Below, piece after piece: positions 12,640-25,508 of a stretch of 64,000 nt of DNA. Within the stretch, counting starts at the first letter, position 1, and every line of letters begins with the position of its first letter. A program made the translations under genes and the position numbers. The notes beneath the pieces are model-generated. The model was not told the origin of the DNA and searched no databases. It saw only the letters and a list, made by a program, of their open reading frames with translations. This DNA is from Octopus sinensis (Eukaryota): NCBI RefSeq assembly GCF_006345805.1, contig NC_043002.1, positions 56,420,001 through 56,484,000 on the forward strand, written 5' to 3'.

Positions 12640-13920
12640 CTTTTTGTTCTATTTTTGGTGAGGAAGTGAATCTGACAGAGCTGCTCTTCTTTGTGCCTCC
12701 TGTGGCAATGTGGGTTTTTCTGAAATTTCAGATAGAAATTTTTCCAGATGCTTTTTGAAAGTCTCCTCATCTACACCTCACAAATCTCTGAGATTGTTTG
12801 GCAAGATGTTAAACAGTTGTGGTCCCTGAAACCCAAGCTGTTGCTGTAGTGGGTCCTTATTTGACACAGAGAAGACAGTATCTTTGGTAAATTAATATTT
12901 CTAAATATCACAATGAGAGATATTCAGCAGCAGTACTTTGTAGTAATGATTGTTTACCAACATAACATGGCTGTCCTGGTTTAGGACTAATGTTGCTTAA
13001 TTTAGCCCCAGGAGATGAAGGGAAATAACCCGGAAATTGCGATACACAGATGTTGTTTTGAGCTGAGGAAGTGGGGTGCTAGATTCCCTTGTTTGAAAAT
13101 ATAAGGACACAGATTGTGTTGTATAACCAGCTGGAGATGATGTCTCCTGGGGCTAAATTACAGCAACATTCGCCCTAAACCAGGACTGCCATTGGTATTA
13201 TGCAATGCCATCCAGTTTTGTGGTTGGTATAGGTTTTTAATTCTGAAGTTGGGAGCTAGACCTTCCAAGATCTTCCATATTTATATTACTGCATACTTTT
13301 CTCACCTTCTCTGCTGGGAGTAGAGCTTCAGTTCTTTTAGCCTCTCCCAGTTTGACACTCTGCAGTGACCACAGTTGGGAGAAGTAATCCAGATGACCAA
13401 GAACAAAAGTTCTTCATTGGAGTGGTAAGGTATCCTTATTCATGGTTCTGAATGATCTAAAGATCCATCCAGCTACTCACCTGCACAGTGTTGGACCATG
13501 GTGATATGCACATGGGATGTTTCATCATTACTCATGTGGATTCCCAGGTTACACACCAATTCAAATTCTGGGAATTTGTTAGAATCTCATCTGCATTGAA
13601 CTGCATGTAATTTTCATCAGCCCATTTGTATATTGCATGTGGGTCCTTTTGTAGTTTTACTAAGTCATCAGGGTCCTTGATCATCTGTGATACTTTTGTA
13701 TCATTGCTGTAGCTGATGAGATTGGCTGACTGTATGACTGAGAGCATTTCTGAGAGAACCACCACAAACAGTAGCGGTCGTAGTACAGTTCCTTGAGGAA
13801 CTCTGCTGCAGGTTGATGTCTTCCCAAAGAGAGAACCATTGGCTGCAACTATCAGACTTCTATCTTTTAAAAAGTCATGCAGCCACTCTCCCAGCTTTCC
13901 AATGATACCAAGGTCACAAA
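12640..13920 (-). mobile_element. CR1-clade LINE ORF2 remnant (RT to C-terminus)
   Basis: Minus-strand SRVPQGTVLRPL (~13790), YSNDTK (decayed YADDTK), LQKDPHAIYKWADENYMQFN, and C-terminal GFQGPQLFNILPNNLRDL...FKKHLEKFLSEI. Interrupted by a MITE at 12969-13190. Confidence 0.85.
12969..13190. mobile_element. MITE with ~47-bp TIRs, GGC...GCC termini and AT duplication (ISL2EU/PIF-like)
   Basis: GGCTGTCCTGGTTTAGGACTAATGTTGCTTAATTTAGCCCCAGGAGA versus TCTCCTGGGGCTAAATTACAGCAACATTCGCCCTAAACCAGGACTGCC; AT on both flanks. Confidence 0.75.
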
Positions 13921-14009
13921 AAAAAAATATATATATGGTTCAGGGGAAGCCATTATGTTTTTGCTATATATATGAAATTGAAATTCTCTTTCTTTCTCTG
14001 GCAAAATAA

Positions 14010-14758
14010 AAGTACCTGGTTCAAGGAAAGCTTTTATGCTATTGCCTAATTTGTCTCAACAAAAATTATGCAGTGGTACAACACTAATTATGCACAAACT
14101 CATGAGGAACTGCACTGAGGCAAATATTCTCACGGGTCATGGCAAAGGTGACACTGTCTTTATTCCTCACACACCAGTTATACTATCTAATGTCCCATTC
14201 CAATTTAAACTGTTACAGTTTCCTATCCCACTTTCTTTTGCCATGAGCATTAATAAAAGTCAGGGCCAAACACTAAAAGTTGCTGGATTGCAACTTGAAT
14301 AGCCATGCTTTTCACATGGCCAACTTTATGTAGGAGCATCATGTGTGGGAGCAAAAGCAAATCTTTTTGCTTGTGTACTCTGGAATAAAATAAAAAACAT
14401 TGTTTATAAAGAAACATTCACTCTTAATGCAACATGAATACTTCAATAACTTAATTTGCCATTACTATCATTACATTCAAGAATGAATAAATTACCTATT
14501 AAATGAAGTGTATTATATAATAGCCATTATTGTATTGATAAGTGAAATAACACACGCAACTCACTCATTATTATTATATAATAAACAAACAGAAGTTCAT
14601 GTATGAAATTCATCTTTTTTCTACTTCAATTATGATATACTTTTCTCTTATAAAAATACACACATACAGGAGGAGTAGATTATATATATAATACTTGAAT
14701 GTGGCTCCCGAGAAACAGTAAAAGTAATTATTTGATCAACGATGGGTATTACTGCTAG
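14010..14758 (+). mobile_element. Helitron 3' end: PIF1-like helicase C-terminus plus CTAG terminus
   Basis: LCSGT...ILTGHGKGDTVFIP...QFPIPLSFAMSINKSQGQTL...*PCFSHGQLYVGAS (helicase motifs IV-VI). Terminus caacgatgggtattactgCTAG|T at 14755-14759. Confidence 0.9.
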
Positions 14759-14819
14759 TATGTATATCTATTATTTGTTATACATATATGATATACTATA
14801 TATTATGAATATATATAGA

Positions 14820-15113
14820 GCGTTGTCATTGCCAGTGCCACCAGACTGGCTCCTGTGCAGGTGGCACGTAAAAAGCACCATTTGAATGTAGCTGATGCCA
14901 CAACCGCCTCACTGGCCCTCATGCCGGTGGCACATAAAAGTACCCACTACATTCTCGGAATGGTTGGTGTTAGGAAGGGCATCCAGCTATAGAAACGTTG
15001 CCAGATCAGATTGGAGCCTGGTGCAGCCTTCTGGCCCACCAGTCCTCAGTCAAACTGTCCAACCCATGCCAGCATGGAAGGTGGACATTAAACGATGATG
15101 ATGATGATGATGA
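14820..15113 (+). mobile_element. RTE family 1 3' UTR/tail
   Basis: aggaagggcatccagctatagaaac...gcatggaaggtggacattaaac(GAT)n. Confidence 0.85.
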
Positions 15114-15749
15114 TATATTGTGTTTACTCTTGTCTTGATATCACATAATATTTGTCAAATGAGAATCACTATCATGCAAGCAATGTTGTCTCCCATGAAA
15201 AACTTATCCAGCTATAGGAAACCATTACCTTTCTTGGAAACAGATGCAGGTGAGTGACAGGGAGGGCATCCAGTTGTAGAAAACCTACCTCAGTAAATGC
15301 CATCTGACCCATACAAGCTTGGAAAAGTTGGCATTAAAAGGATGATGATAATGATAGTGGTGGTGGTGGTGGTGGTGGTGGTGGTGATGACGACGACGAT
15401 GATGATGGTGGTGGTGGCAGTGGTGGTGAGGATGACGACGATGATGAGGGTGATGGTGGTGGTGGTGGTGATGATGATGATGATAATAAACACTGGTACA
15501 ATATCATGAATGTAGGAGCAATATTAAATCAACAACGTTGCACATCTGGAATTTATTTTGTTGGCCCCAGCGGAGTATGAAAGAAAAAGTCAAGCCTAAA
15601 TGGGGTTGAATTCAGGACATAAAGAACCAAAAAGATATTTTAGTCAAACTCCAAGCTGTTTACTGTGTTCTCCATCACCGTTAGTATTACAACTGGAATA
15701 ATCTTGGGATAAAATGGTTCCTTAAATTCAAACTGAAAATAGAGCTGCT

Positions 15750-16525
15750 CTGTGAGTGAGTGTGTGTGTGTGTGTGTGTGTGTGCATGTGTGTATATGTA
15801 TGTGTGTGTGTGCATGCATGGGTATATTAATGTGTGTATGTGTGTGTCTGTGGGTATATTTATGTGTGCATGTGTGTGTCTGTATGTCAAAATGTGTGTG
15901 TGTATGTGTGTGTATATGTATGTGTGTGTGCATGCATGGGTTATGTGTGTGTCTGTATGTCAAAATGTGTGTTTGGGTTAGAGAACTGAATTGAAATTTA
16001 AAAAAAGAAATTTTGAAAATTAAATTTAAACTAAGAAACATTTTCTTATTCTTTTGAAATTTTACAAGAGTTCAGATTTCAAATTCTGATTTTCTACACC
16101 CTTCCCCTCCCCCCTCGCCCTCACCACTATGGCTGCCACTACAACCATCATCATCATCATCATCATCGCATTCACCACCATCACCACCACTGCCATCAAC
16201 AAGGATAAAACAACAACAAGAACCACCAGCACCACTACTAACAATAACAACCACCACCACTACTGCTGCTGCCACCACTGCCATCAACACCACCACCACC
16301 ATCAACAACAATGACAATAGCCACCACCAACAACAACAGCAACAACAACAATAACAGCAACAACAGCAGCAAAAGTAACATCAGCAATAACAACAACAAC
16401 AACCACTACCATCTTACCCCCCCACTACCATCAATAATAGCAGCAGCAGCAACAACAACAACAACAACAAAAACAATAACAACAGCAGCAACAACAGCAG
16501 CAGCAGCAGCAACCACCATGACCAA
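15750..16525. repeat. (TG)n-rich and (CAA/CAC/CAG)n simple-repeat blocks
   Basis: TG/TA mosaic at 15750-15975 and triplet mosaic at 16125-16525. Confidence 0.9.
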
Positions 16526-16725
16526 TTCTGATTTATGAAAACAGATGTTTTATTAATATAAAATTTCAAACCCAACCAAATCATGGCAAACATTGAATTG
16601 AAATAATCATTCCAAATTCTAACTTCTATGTTTCAATGACTTTTTTCTTTTGTTAGACGTAGCCATATCAGATTTATTGGTGAGAAGAAATGAGATTGTA
16701 TAATGTTCATGCCTTTCTTAACACA

Positions 16726-16878
16726 GCATGGATGTGTAGTAAGAAGTTTGCTTCCTGGCCATGTAGTTCTGGGTTCAGTCCCATTGTGTGGCACCATGGG
16801 AATTTGTCTTGTACTATAGCTTCAGGCCAACCAAAGCCTTGTGAGTGGATTTGGTGGACGGAAACTGAAAGAAACCTG

Positions 16879-16933
<55 letters not shown>

Positions 16934-17126
16934 GTGTGTGTTTGCCCCTCACCCCACCATTTGACAACTGATGTTGGTGTGTTGACATCCTTATAACCTA
17001 GTGATTTGGTAAAAGACACTGATAAAATAAGTATCAGTCATTGATTCATTCAACTAAAAATTCTTCAAGGCAGTGCCCCAGCATGGCCACAGTCTGAGCA
17101 AAACAAAAAAAATTAGAAGGTAGGCT
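16726..17126 (+). mobile_element. SINE family A, full length, flanked by a 60-bp direct repeat
   Basis: Head, (TG)n and tail present; 16666-16725 and 17127-17186 are identical at 56/60 positions. Confidence 0.8.
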
Positions 17127-18469
17127 TATCAGATATATTGGTGAGAAGAAATGAGATTATATGATGTTCATGCCTTTCTCAACACAATTCCCTACCCTTC
17201 ATCCACCCCACCCCACCCAATCTTCTCAGTTGTCATCCAGCTTCCCTCATCCATCCCCATCTCTCATTTCTTCTTACAACCTCCACCCACCAACAATCCC
17301 AGTTCTTCTGTCTCCTCTCACTTCTACTCATCTCGTACCTTAAGGGTCCACTCAGACACCTCGTCACTCCTAATTTTATCTCTTCCCAGTTTCACATCCA
17401 TCACCCCTTCTCTTTTAAAATGTGAGCAACCATATAGCTCTGCTCCATGAAGAAATCTCTTCCGCTCAGGTCCCCTATCTTGTATTTTAGTCCCTTATCC
17501 CTAGCATAAAGCCATCTCCCTCAGGGTTCAAAGTTCTGAAAGCAGCATGATGCATGCCATGGAAAAAAGGGAGCACCCAGTCCACATTGTAAAGTGGTTG
17601 GTATTAGGAAGGGCATCCAGCCAAAGTAGACATTGGTATACAATGCAGACCTTGAACCTGTCAATTCCTGTTAAACTGTCCAATCTATAACAGCATGGAT
17701 CATGGACATTAGATGATGATGACAACGACGACAATGATGATGATGATGACGATGAGAGGAAGAGGAGGAGGAGGAGGTCATTCTCAAGAATCAAAATCCA
17801 GTCTAGATTTTGCTAGCATGAAGCTTACCTGGTGCCTCACGGCATTTGTCACGTTTATTTACTGCAAAACAAAATGATGATAACTTGATAAATTGATTAT
17901 ATCATATAATGGAGTAAGCTAACGAAAAAGAGCTTAATTAGCTTAACAAGAGAAATAGGATTAAAGTTGTTAGGATTAAAATTTAAGTGTTTAATAAACA
18001 AGTTGAAATAACTTAGAAATGCCACCACCACCACCACTATTATCATTATCCTCTGCATTGCTTTACTGACCACATTTCAATACAACCATGGGTTGAATAG
18101 GAATTTAACACAGTATCTCGTTATCTCTCCTCTCATCATGAAAGGAAGTGTTGAGGCCCAGCATCCATCTTATCGCTTTATCACTTTTTATTTGTGTTTT
18201 CTTTAATGTCTGTCCATACCACTTTTTCTCATGTGTTATTTGGGGTTCCCAAAGCAGTGACTGAGCATCAGGTAAAAATGATTAATAATATTTCTTTTAA
18301 ATCTTTACATTCTGAGTTCAAATCCTGCTGAAGTCAAATTTATTTTTCGTCCTTATGGGGGTCAATAAAATAAAATACCAGTCATTACTGGAGTCAATGA
18401 AATCAACTAATACCCTCCCACTAAAATCATTGGCCCTGTGCCAAAATTTGAAACCATTCTTTCACTGTT

Positions 18470-18822
18470 TTTACTCTTTTACTTGCTTCAGTTATTTAAC
18501 AGTGGCCATGCTAGAGCACTGCCTTTAGTTGAACAAATCGACCCCAGGACTTATTCTTTATAAGCCTGGTACTTATTCTATCAGTCTTTTTTGCCAAACT
18601 GCTAAGTTACAAAGATGTAAACACGCCAACATCAGTTGTTAAGTGATGGTGGGGAGGACAAACACAAACGCACATGCACACGATGGGCTTCTTTCAGTTT
18701 CTGTCTACCAAATCCACTCACAAGGCTTTGGTCGGCCCAAGGCTATAGAAGAAGACACTTGCCCAAGATGCCACACAGTGGGACTGAACCCAGAACCATG
18801 TGGTTGGGAAGCAAGCTTCTTT
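18470..18822 (-). mobile_element. SINE family A, full length
   Basis: Reverse complement aligns end to end with 60453-60846. Confidence 0.85.
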
Positions 18823-18840
18823 GTCGTTATTATTATTATT

Positions 18841-19397
18841 GAGTGAGAGAGCAGTGCATGCCATCAAAGTGACACTGGGGTAAAATATACGAAGCCCAGC
18901 ATACCCATCATAACTACCCGTCTGATAAGGGTACACCAGGCACATGCATCACAACCATACGTGCGCGACATGGTGATCTCATATCAAGATAAACAGCACA
19001 TGACCTTGCAGGTGGGGCCCAGTTAGAATTTTCTTCAGGTCGAGTAGCCCATCCTGCTCAAAAGGTCCCTAAATAAGGGTTGCTTTAGGATGTTGAACGA
19101 AACACCTATGTTTCCAGAGGTAAATTATTCAAACTCCAAAGAATCCCTCTCAACACATGGCTATGATGCTCCCCCACTACTTCTGCTCGTGATCAGAGAT
19201 GCACGTATTGTCAGCCACTAAGGGACATGCTCAACTGGTTAAGGTCAAACAACTGACAAGCAAATCTGTGGTATTGAGCAGAATATTTGCTGTAGCCCAT
19301 CTTTTATACCAAGACAAAACAATGTACATGATGACACTTCCAATCAGTTAAAATCAGAAGCCATGAGAGCCACTGCCTGGTACTGCATCAGGGCATT
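18841..19397. mobile_element. Unclassified ~560-bp non-coding insert embedded in (ATT)n
   Basis: GC-richer block bounded on both sides by (TTA)n tracts; no ORF or TIR seen. Confidence 0.4.
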
Positions 19398-19444
19398 TAT
19401 TATTATTATTATTATTATAATTATTATTAATATTATTATTATTA

Positions 19445-19885
19445 TGTTAAGGTGGTAAACTGGCAGAATCACTAGCATACTGGCAAAATGCTTAGTGGTA
19501 TTTTGCCTGTCACTACATTATGAGTTCAAATTCCACTGAAATTAGCTTTGCCTTTCATCCTTTCAGACTCAACAAATTAAGTACCAGTTGAGTACTGGGG
19601 TCAATGTAATTGACTAATCTCCTTCCCCCAAATTTCAGGCTTTGTGTCTTTAGTAGAAAGGATTATTATTATTATCATTATCATCATCATCATCATTATC
19701 ATAAAGGTGACAAGCTGACAGAATTGTTAACCCACTGGACAAAATGTTTAGCGGCATTTCATCCCTCTCTACATTCTGATTTCAAATTCTGTCAGGGTTG
19801 TTCAGTCAATTACAAGGGTCAGTGACATCAACAAGACCCCTCCCTTCTCCTAAAATTTTTAGCCTTGTACTAAAATTTGAAACAA
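19445..19885 (+). mobile_element. Two tandem decayed copies of SINE family B
   Basis: ggtaaactggcagaatc...aaatgcttag...gagttcaaattcc...ctttgcctttcatcc...aagtaccagttgagtactgggg. Related copies at 18270-18455, 20372-20577 (-) and 48380-48590. Confidence 0.75.
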
Positions 19886-20169
19886 TTATTATTATTATAC
19901 CATAAGAAGAGCCATGATTTGTAATAAATAAAGATTGATTCTATTCATTGAACTGAACAATATTTCTATAGCAAGTCTGTCTTTCTTGGGTTCAAAATGA
20001 AGAATATACAGAAATATGGAAATTCAAAATTTGAGCTGGAATATCCTACATTCCTCTTTTGACAAAAATGTCATCAATTCTTGCTTTCTCATAATTGGTA
20101 AGAAAAAAGAAAAGAAAAAAGAAGAAAGAAAATGAGAAAGCAGGGAAAAGAACATTTTGTCAAAAAATT

Positions 20170-20990
20170 TTGTGTAAATGTGATGGAATTCACCTGTCAT
20201 TTTGTTCAGTCCTCCAGGGTGTGAAATGAGTAATTCTCAAATATATTTACACTCATGTATTTTAAGGACGGAAAGTGTAGTGGAGCCAGAATATTCTCTG
20301 AGATTGTATACTTTCAAATGTTCCTTCAAATTTACAGTTGCTTGATGTAAAATGTTTGGTAAGTTCTTTTCTACTCTAGGCACAGGCCTGAAATTTTGGG
20401 GGTGGAGGTCAGTCACTTAGATCAACCCCAGTACGCAGCTGGTACTTAATTTATCGACCCCAAAAGGATGAAAGGCAAAGTCAACCTTGGTGGAATTTGA
20501 ATTCAGAACGTAAGGACAGATGAAATACCGCTAAGCATTTTGCCTGGTGTGCTAACATTTCTGCCAGCTTGCCGCCTTTATGTTCAGCAAGTTCTGTTGA
20601 ACCCCTGTTATGATGTCATACCTGTGCCCACTGAATCTTTTATTTAATTTTTCTGTTGTGTAGCCAACATAAGTCAAGTTGAGGTTGGTGCATTCTGCTT
20701 TATACACCAAAGAGGAATCCTTACAGGTCCCATCTAAATAAATCACAAGATATCTATTATAGTTTGCGATGAAGTTGACTTGACACATGTTGCATGATGA
20801 ACGGGGCTTACTTCTATTGCAACTGTTTTTCATAGCACAGTATTCAGAAACAACAATGGAATTTTCATTGGGATTTAGAGATAGTGGTCAATACTTCTCT
20901 TGTAGACAGATGAGGCAATATTTGTTGGAAATACCAGTGAAATGGTGCTCATACAAAATGATGAAAAGAATACATTCCTCATTTGTGTAA
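20170..20990 (-). mobile_element. Penelope-like element GIY-YIG endonuclease remnant, split by a SINE B insertion (20372-20577)
   Basis: TCKDSSLVYKAECTNLNLTYVGYTTEKLNKRFSGHRYDI (VY...YVG.T...L..R...H). After the SINE: ELTKHF...LKIHECKYI*ELLISHPGGLN (PLE C-terminal P-GLN). Possible 16-bp TSD at 20352-20367/20580-20595 (13/16). Confidence 0.8.
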
Positions 20991-23589
20991 CACCTCCCCA
21001 AACTACTTCCATTTACTCCTCTGTCTCTATGGTACAGTTTCTCTCACTGTGCTTGCATGTATGTATGTATTGTGTTCTTTTACCTACTGATTGCCACCAA
21101 GCCTAGTATGTGCACTCATTCTGCACCTCTTATGTCAACTGTCTCTGTATATCTCTATTCTATTTTTCCTTCTCTTTATATGATGTAAAGTCTGACTGAG
21201 GAAACCAACTAACCTACAAAAATTCACATTGCTTGGAACTGCAAGAATTCTTTACAGTGTTCTTGAAGCATGACTAGTAAACAAGTGTCACTTTAGTCTG
21301 TCGGCTGTGGACAGCTGACACTTTCCATCATACCCAGCAAAATAAGCTGTGAGTTTTCATATAATAATAATAATGACCACGATGATGACTAGCTGGACCC
21401 GTGAAAACTTCATGGAAAACATAAAAAATGTAAGCAACCGTAAATTGTGTGCTGGTGTCATGAGAAATGTTTCTATATTGTGACACAGAATATAGAAAGA
21501 AGTGTAAAACCAATAACTATATAATCCAACCAAAATATCTCAGTCACATATTTCAAAGAACCTTTGTGGTTTAGTGGTACGGAATGTTCTTCTGGTATTC
21601 TTTTACTTGTTTCAGTCATTTGACGGTAGCCATGCTGGAGCACCACCTTTTAGTTAAAGAAATTGACCACTGGACTTATTTCCTGTAAGCCTGGTGCTTA
21701 TTCTATCAGTCTCTTTTGCCGAACTGCTAAGTTACGGGGACGCAAACACACCAGAACGTAAAGACAGGTGACATACCACTAAGCATTTCACTCAGCATGC
21801 TAACGTTTCTGCCAGCTTGCCGCCTTAATGTGATGTCAATATTGATGTACTGATGGCTACCTGTGAAGATGGAAAGAAAGGCAATACATGACACATGGAA
21901 AAGGTAGTGGCTTTATGAAACATCGATGTGTTTGAGAAGGAGTAAATATAAAACTGATGCATACAGTGCAGGTGCGCATGAAACTGATACATAGGGTGCA
22001 GGTATGCATAAAATTGATGGCTTCTCGACCCATATAAAAAAATGCCTTCCAACTGACAGGCAATACTTCATTTAGACCTGTGGTTCTCAAGATTTTGTTG
22101 CTAAAATTTATCTGCGATAAATTGGTTATATTCCTCCAATACACAAAATATTTATTTTGTAGGAATACAACCATTTTTAAATACGATTCCTAATATTTAT
22201 TTAATTATAAAAATATATCAGGACTTTTTAAAAAATCAAATGGCTATGATAAATAAAATAAAATAAAAATAAAAATAAAATAAAAATCAAAGGAATCCAT
22301 AGGTAAAAAATGGATGAAAACTCCTGGTTTAGACACATTAGCCCTTTTGATACCAACCTGGCTGAAACCACTTCTGTCTCTGAGTACAAATGTCTTGTTT
22401 TCAAAAGTTTTGAATTAAAATCTTCCACCAAACCTTAGTCACAAGTTATGTTCCTAACACTAGCTTCATGATAACTAATTAATTTACTAAATTCTTTGTT
22501 ATATTAAAAATTAATTGAAAGAAACAGAACATCTCAACAGAAATATGGTAACAAAAGGGTTAAGCTACATATCCCTTATATCTTCTCTCTCTCTCTGTCC
22601 TTTATAACACTACTACGACACCCTGATATCACTTCCTTCAGACTTACCCAGGTTATTCAGAGAGATGAATTTCTCCCTTGAGGTTTCTTCAGTTTCCTTC
22701 AAGCTTTGTTCATTTATTCTCAATCTTATGAGTAGACTTATGAGTAGATTTGGTCAGCAGAAACTCTGTGGACACATGTTGTATATGTGTGTGTGTGTGT
22801 TTGTCCTCTCCCACCATTTTACAATGGGTGTTGGTTTGTCTGTGTGTCTCATAACTTAGTGATTCGGCAACAGCAGAATAAGCACAAGACTTAAAATGGG
22901 GTCAGTTTGATCAACCAAACACTTCAGAGTGGCAGTGCCCCAGCATGGCCGCAGTCCTATGACTGAAATAAGTAAAAGTTAAGCTAAAAAGACATACACA
23001 AATCCATGTTGATGCCCATTCACTGGATTAAAGATTAAAGTTAAGTAATTCAATTCTTAAAGGATTGACACACTTAAATAACAATACAAAAAGCCACCAC
23101 AACCACCACCACCACCACCACCACTACTACCACTACCACTACCACCACCACACCCGCTGTCACCATCACCGATAAAAACCACCCTAAAACAAGTTTAAGA
23201 GGTCAATAGCCTTTCAGGAGTAAACTAAAGACTGGAGCTGTACACACATACACACACACATTCTTTTTCACAATCGTGCATACACAAAGGAAAGATAAAA
23301 GTGTAGTCTTTTTTTTTATTTAACGAAATTATAGAAACATTTAACAATAATTGAGTAAAAATATGCATAGATGGTATTCACCCAGCACCAATGGAAATAA
23401 AAACAAAATGATCAACAGGTACGAGTGTGGGGTGGGTGGGGGTTGTCGAGGGGGTTGAGAAATATATTAGAAGAAATGAGGTACTCAGAAATTCGGATGG
23501 TTTTATATTTACAAATATTTATTTCTATATTATGTGTTTTTATACATCATATATCATATATTAGCACTTTCATCCATTCTAGTGGAGTT

Positions 23590-24015
23590 TTCAAATTTCA
23601 ACAACAACCAGTATCGGTCAATAGAAAAGGACCACTTTTTCTCCACAACACTCAGCCGCATGTCACACAACTGACCCTGCAGAAGTTGAATGAATTGGGC
23701 TATGAAACTCTGCCTCATCCGCCATAATCACCAGACCTTTTGCTTACTGACTACCACTTTTTCAAGCATCTCTAGAACTTCCTGCGTGAGAAATGCTTCA
23801 AAAACCAAGACGATGCCAAACACGCCTTCAACGACTTCATTGACATCAGAATGCAGGATTTTTATGCTAACTGGCATAAATAAACTTGTTTCGCTTTGGC
23901 AAAAGTGTGTTGATTCTGATGGTGTTTATTTTGAATAATAAAGTTTTGACCGAGCCAAGATATGTGCATCTGAATTTAAAGGTTAAAAACTGCAAGAACT
24001 TTCTTGACAACCTAA
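23590..24015 (+). mobile_element. mariner 3' fragment with right TIR
   Basis: NRKGPLFLHN...LNELGYETLPHPP*SPDL..TDYHFF...GINKLVSLWQKCVDSDGVYFE. TIR aaaaactgcaagaactttcttgacaacctaa|TA at 23985-24017. Confidence 0.9.
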
Positions 24016-25331
24016 TATATATGTATTTATATATATATGTGTGTATATATATATACACATATACATACATGCATACATATGTATGTATGTATGTATGTAT
24101 GTGCCGGTGACACATAAAAAGCACCATTTGAATGTGGCCGATACCAGCGCCACCTTGACTGGCTTCTGTGCTGGTGGCATGTAAAAAGCACCCACTTCAC
24201 TTACAGAGTGATTGGCGTTAGGAAGGGCATCCAGCTGTAAAAACACTGCCAGATCAGACTGGTGCCTGGTGCAGCCTCCTGGCTTCGTAGACCCCACTCG
24301 ATCTGTCCAGCCATGACAGCATGGAAAACAGATGTTAAACGTTGAAGATGATGATGATATGTGTGTGTGTTTTTGTCCCCCACCACTGCATGGCAATCAT
24401 TGTTGGTGTGCTCACCACCCTGCAACTTAGTAGTTTGACAAAAGAAACTGAAAAAAATGAAGTACTAGTCTCAATTAATTTCACAAAAAATTCTACAAGG
24501 TGGTGCTCCTGTATGGCTGCAGCCTAATGACTGAAACAAGTAAAAGAACCTTTTGTGTTATTAGGGGTTTTAAACGGTATGTGGCCCAGTGGTTAGTGCT
24601 AGACTCATAACTGTAAGCATCTTCATCATCATCATTATTCAACATCCATTGTCCATGCTGGCATGGGTTGGACGGTTTGACTAGAAACTGGTAAGCCGAG
24701 GGGCTGCACCAGGTTCCAATCTGATTTGGCATGGTTTCTACAGCTGGATGCCCTTCCTAATGCCAACTGCTCTGAGTGCCGCTGTCACGGGTGCTATTTG
24801 CGTGACACCAGTATCTGTCATGACTGTGATTTAGCTTGGTTTGATGGGTCTTCTTCTCAACCACAACATAATGCCAAAGGTCTCCGTCATTGTCTTTGTA
24901 AGGCCAAACACTCGAAAGGAGCTCAGCCACTTTACCTCTTCAATTTCAGAACCAAGTAGTGCATTATATCCTTGAGGAAGGTACTTCATTTCACACTGCT
25001 CCAGTTTACTTGGCTGTATCTGAGTACCATCTGAGTGTTGATGCAATTCTCTCTTTCTCCAACTGTCACATCTTGGATATGCTGCTGGGTCAAGGGTGTC
25101 TGTGATGACAAAGATACTTAAAATGTTGCAAGCATGGAAGAGTGGACACTAAAATGATGATAATGATAATAATCAACATGTTTGTCTGTTTGTGTCAGGC
25201 TCAGTTCCACTGCATGGCACCTTGGGCAAGTGTCTTCTACTATAACAGTGGTTTCCAACCTGTGGTCCATGGGCCCATGGCAGCCCGCATAGGTAGTACT
25301 GAGGGTCCATGAATTAAATTCACAATTTAAG

Positions 25332-25366
<35 letters not shown>

Positions 25367-25372
25367 TTATAT

Positions 25373-25485
<113 letters not shown>

Positions 25486-25508
25486 TATGCATATATAGAA
25501 TTTAAAGA

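Noticed and set aside
19972-20097. 126-nt segment between ctatag and G|gtaaga
   Set aside because: Stop codons in all three frames; at most a non-coding exon, unsupported.
21190-21225. CTGACTGAGGAAAC near the Penelope remnant as a hammerhead
   Set aside because: Core spacing is wrong, with no stem II or cleavage triplet.
22648-22735. Minus-strand open segment RINEQSLKETEETSREKFISLNNL ending at G|gtaagt
   Set aside because: Good donor but only weak AAG acceptors, no recognisable homology; compatible with chance.
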